Below, one piece after another: positions 61,322 through 64,000 of a DNA stretch of 64,000 nucleotides (position 1 is the stretch's first letter; every line of letters begins with the position of its first letter). Position numbers and translations under genes: made by a program. The notes under the pieces were generated by a model. It saw nothing but the letters and a program-made list of their open reading frames with translations. It did no database searches and was not told where the DNA came from. This DNA is from an uncultured Bacteroides sp. GTDB taxonomy: Bacteria > Bacteroidota > Bacteroidia > Bacteroidales > Bacteroidaceae. The DNA lies in assembly GCA_902491215.1 (NCBI GenBank), contig CABUGV010000002.1, forward strand, positions 95,206 through 159,205. Direction: 5' to 3'.

Positions 61322-61893
61322 AAATATTAAAGCTTTAATATGTAAATAATAAAATATCGATGTTTAAAAACACATATTATATATAAATGAATCATGTAAC
61401 TATGATATGCTTACTTATAATATTGTTCCTATGACTATCAGTATTTTGTTTTTCATAATATCTGATATTGAACAATAATGATACAAAGATAAACAAATAA
61501 TCAACCGAGAAACCAATATTTTCCGGATAACAAAATTTAAATCATCGCAAATGCTTCAAATTTGCAACAACCACGACAACTGCAAACACAAGTAATAACT
61601 TTATAAATAACTGTAAAACAAATAAGAGCAAAAAATTCGTATCATAAAAAATAATAACTTTGCGGATGTCGGGAAGCTTAAATCCGGAAAAGCATACATT
61701 ACAGTTTTGGACAGATACAACGGATTGTACCAGATATAATTTATGATATTGTCAGGCTCAAAAACAATATCACCGCCAAAATAGAACGGCGGTCAAAATG
61801 TTTATATTCTGAAAACAAAATCTTTCACATAAAATCCATAGAACAAACAATTTATAAAATCAACAAAAGTAATTCTAAATCAAAAACTAAAAA

Positions 61894-63015
61894 ATGAGAA
61901 ATTTCAGTAAACTGGCATTGATTGCCTTAGTCGCAAGTGCATGTACCAGCCAAAACGGCAGCAAGCTTACAGGCGAAATCACAGGTCTCACAAACGATAC
62001 TGTCTTGGTTTTCGCCAACGATCCTGTAGCAGGACAGACTGTAGAAATCGACACAGTACCAGTGGTTGACAACAAATTTGCAGTCACCTTGCCCGACTCT
62101 TCCGTACTTCTGCTTTATATCATAGAGAAGCCTGCCGGCAATGGAGCAATGCGCATGGCAACAAATCCTCCTTTCGTATTCATGCCTGGCGATGAAATGA
62201 AAGTAACAGGAGATATCACCGATCTCAAGGCTTCAGGAACAGAAATATACGACAATCTCGCAAAAGCTGTAAACGTCACAGCTGTTGAAGAAAAAATAAA
62301 GGCTGTAGGCGAGAAACTGACAGAAGCTTACAAGAACAATGAGGAAAAAGTCATAGACTCACTGAGCAATATTGTTCAAGGTCTGTATGAGGATCTGAGC
62401 AAGGAAAAGCTTGAATTCATAAAGAACAATCCAAACTCGTTGGTTTCAGGATATCTTTATCAGGGCATGAAAAGCATTGACGGTCTGGAAGCTGAAAAGA
62501 TTCTGGGTGACAATGTGAAAAATAGTGCACTTGGAGGATTCATATCAAAGATAACTGAAAACTACAATCATCAGGCAGCTATAGACAAGGCCAGCGAGAA
62601 CATCAAAAGCGGAAAAATGGCTCCAGACTTCAAACTCAAGAATCTGAACAACGAAGAAATGTCACTTGCCTCATTCAAAGGTAAATATGTTTTACTCGAC
62701 TTCTGGGGAACATGGTGCGGATGGTGCATAAAGGGTATTCCAGACATGAAGAAATACTACGAAAAATATAAGGACAGAATGGAAATTGTGGGTATCTGCT
62801 GCGGCGACACAGAAGAAAAATGGAGAAATGGAGTGAAAAAGCATGAACTGCCTTGGACCAACCTATTAAATGAAAAAGACAACGACATCACGACGATATA
62901 TGCCATATCAGGATATCCAACCAAAATATTGATTGACCCTGATGGGAAAATCGTTGATGTATTTGTAGGAGAATCAGAAGACCTTTACAATCGTCTTGAC
63001 GAACTGTTCAAATAA
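61894..63015 (+). CDS. TlpA-family thiol:disulfide oxidoreductase lipoprotein
   Basis: Lipobox (VASACTS) and a C-terminal thioredoxin fold with WCGWC. It is a paralog of 15426-17264. Confidence 0.8.
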   Translation: MRNFSKLALIALVASACTSQNGSKLTGEITGLTNDTVLVFANDPVAGQTVEIDTVPVVDNKFAVTLPDSSVLLLYIIEKPAGNGAMRMATNPPFVFMPGDEMKVTGDITDLKASGTEIYDNLAKAVNVTAVEEKIKAVGEKLTEAYKNNEEKVIDSLSNIVQGLYEDLSKEKLEFIKNNPNSLVSGYLYQGMKSIDGLEAEKILGDNVKNSALGGFISKITENYNHQAAIDKASENIKSGKMAPDFKLKNLNNEEMSLASFKGKYVLLDFWGTWCGWCIKGIPDMKKYYEKYKDRMEIVGICCGDTEEKWRNGVKKHELPWTNLLNEKDNDITTIYAISGYPTKILIDPDGKIVDVFVGESEDLYNRLDELFK

Positions 63016-63041
63016 AGTTTCAACGACAAAATAAAGCAAAG

Positions 63042-63088
63042 GAAACCGGCTGACTGTATTACAGAGTTGCCGGTTTCTTTTATATTTT
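63042..63088 (+). terminator. Rho-independent terminator
   Basis: gaaaccggc … gccggtttc 9-bp stem followed by TTTTATATTTT. Confidence 0.6.
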
Positions 63089-63203
63089 GTATTTATGGTT
63101 TTCATAACAGCCAAACGTGCAATCAACTGTCTAAGCTTATTGGACGCCGGACTTTGTTTTTTTACTAATTTTGCAACCGTTTTGTAAATCTCAAAGTAAA
63201 AAA

Positions 63204-64000
63204 ATGAAATCTATAAGTAAAAATGCCATCATCGGCTACCCGGCAGGAATAATAACCGGTATAACATACGGACTGAATCCACTGTTCGCACTCCCTCTCA
63301 TCAAGGAAGGTGCTTCCATAGAATCCATCCTGTTCTTCCGTTACACCATTTCCGTTCTTTTGTTGGGCGCGTTTCTTCTCTTGAGCCGGCAAAGCTTCAG
63401 AATAACAAGTAAACAAGCCGGAATCCTGCTTGTACTCGGATTGCTCTATACATCAAGCAGCATATTCCTATTCGATGCATTCAAGTATATCGCATCAGGA
63501 CTAGCTACGGCCCTCATATTTCTTTATCCTGTTCTTGTGGCCATAATCATGGTCTTTCTGAAAGTTATCCCTTCATGGCCTGTATGGCTGTCCATATTTC
63601 TTACATTTGCCGGTGTGGTCATCATGACGCAAAGCGACTCCACACAAACTGTCAGCCCGCTAGGTATCATCCTTTCTTTGGGAGGAGCATTGGTCTACGC
63701 CATGTTTATCGTAATAATCAACCATAGCAAAACCATAAAGAACATTTCCAACAGCCTACTGACATTCTATGCTTTGAGCGTCGGTGCTGTGGTCTTTTTT
63801 ATAAAGATTCTTATGTCTGATACAGAAATCACCACAGGCCTTGAAAACAACATGGCATGGATGAATCTCATAGGACTTGCCATACTACCTACCATTGTTT
63901 CAACAGCCATGCTGGCCGTAGCGACCAGAAACATCGGTGCTACAAAAGCCTCTGTCCTCGGCGTATTCGAACCAATAACAGCAATCCTTATCGGTTCATT
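63204..64000 (+). CDS. DMT-superfamily (EamA-like) transporter (3' end lies beyond the window)
   Basis: ATG at about 63204 and an open frame to the window end. It starts MKSISKNAIIGYPAGIITGITYGLNPLFALPLIKEG and has multiple TM helices. Confidence 0.65.
   Translation, partial: MKSISKNAIIGYPAGIITGITYGLNPLFALPLIKEGASIESILFFRYTISVLLLGAFLLLSRQSFRITSKQAGILLVLGLLYTSSSIFLFDAFKYIASGLATALIFLYPVLVAIIMVFLKVIPSWPVWLSIFLTFAGVVIMTQSDSTQTVSPLGIILSLGGALVYAMFIVIINHSKTIKNISNSLLTFYALSVGAVVFFIKILMSDTEITTGLENNMAWMNLIGLAILPTIVSTAMLAVATRNIGATKASVLGVFEPITAILIGS

Noticed and set aside
1-64000. Search for CRISPR arrays, IS elements, integrases and prophage genes
   Set aside because: Apart from the 5-copy palindromic element there are no regularly spaced direct repeats with unique spacers. 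No ORF has transposase DDE/HUH or tyrosine-recombinase motifs. The tRNA-Thr is not flanked by an integrase or a direct-repeat att site.

Overview
This 64-kb window looks like a Bacteroidales (Prevotella/Bacteroides-type) chromosome, with coding density around 90%. I call about 55 protein-coding genes and one tRNA-Thr(CGU). I see no rRNA, CRISPR array, transposase or integrase.

The ORF track translates TTG and GTG starts as M, so several track ORFs carry artificial N-terminal extensions; I trimmed those to the nearest convincing ATG or signal peptide. Coordinates I worked out by hand may be off by 1-2 nt.

Housekeeping genes include copA, rsmG, murB, pheS, the methylmalonyl-CoA epimerase/decarboxylase sodium-pump operon, pyrK/pyrD, xth and GDP-mannose pyrophosphorylase.

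Accessory content includes:
- a partial secreted HEXXH metalloprotease and a T9SS-sorted protein;
- a four-gene MacAB-like ABC efflux operon (ATPase, two FtsX permeases, membrane-fusion adaptor; no outer-membrane factor in cis);
- a LuxR-type response-regulator operon whose sensor gene is an in-frame tandem fusion of two paralogous sensor kinases, followed by a truncated AbgT-like gene;
- a CfxA-family class A beta-lactamase;
- a lower-GC-looking block encoding a DHA2 MFS exporter, a KNTase-like nucleotidyltransferase and a SWIM-SNF2 (HelZ-like) ATPase;
- an AraC-linked mutarotase / aldo-keto reductase / amidohydrolase / Zn-ADH module that may oxidise a deoxy-sugar;
- GH43 and beta-helix carbohydrate-active genes and a tandem esterase.

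The most unusual non-coding signal is a dispersed family of five intergenic repeat elements of about 80-110 bp. Each is built from 3-4 GC-rich palindromic cores (consensus CGAGCGCTCG) spaced about 21-23 bp apart by A/T-rich stretches. I do not recognise this as a described element.
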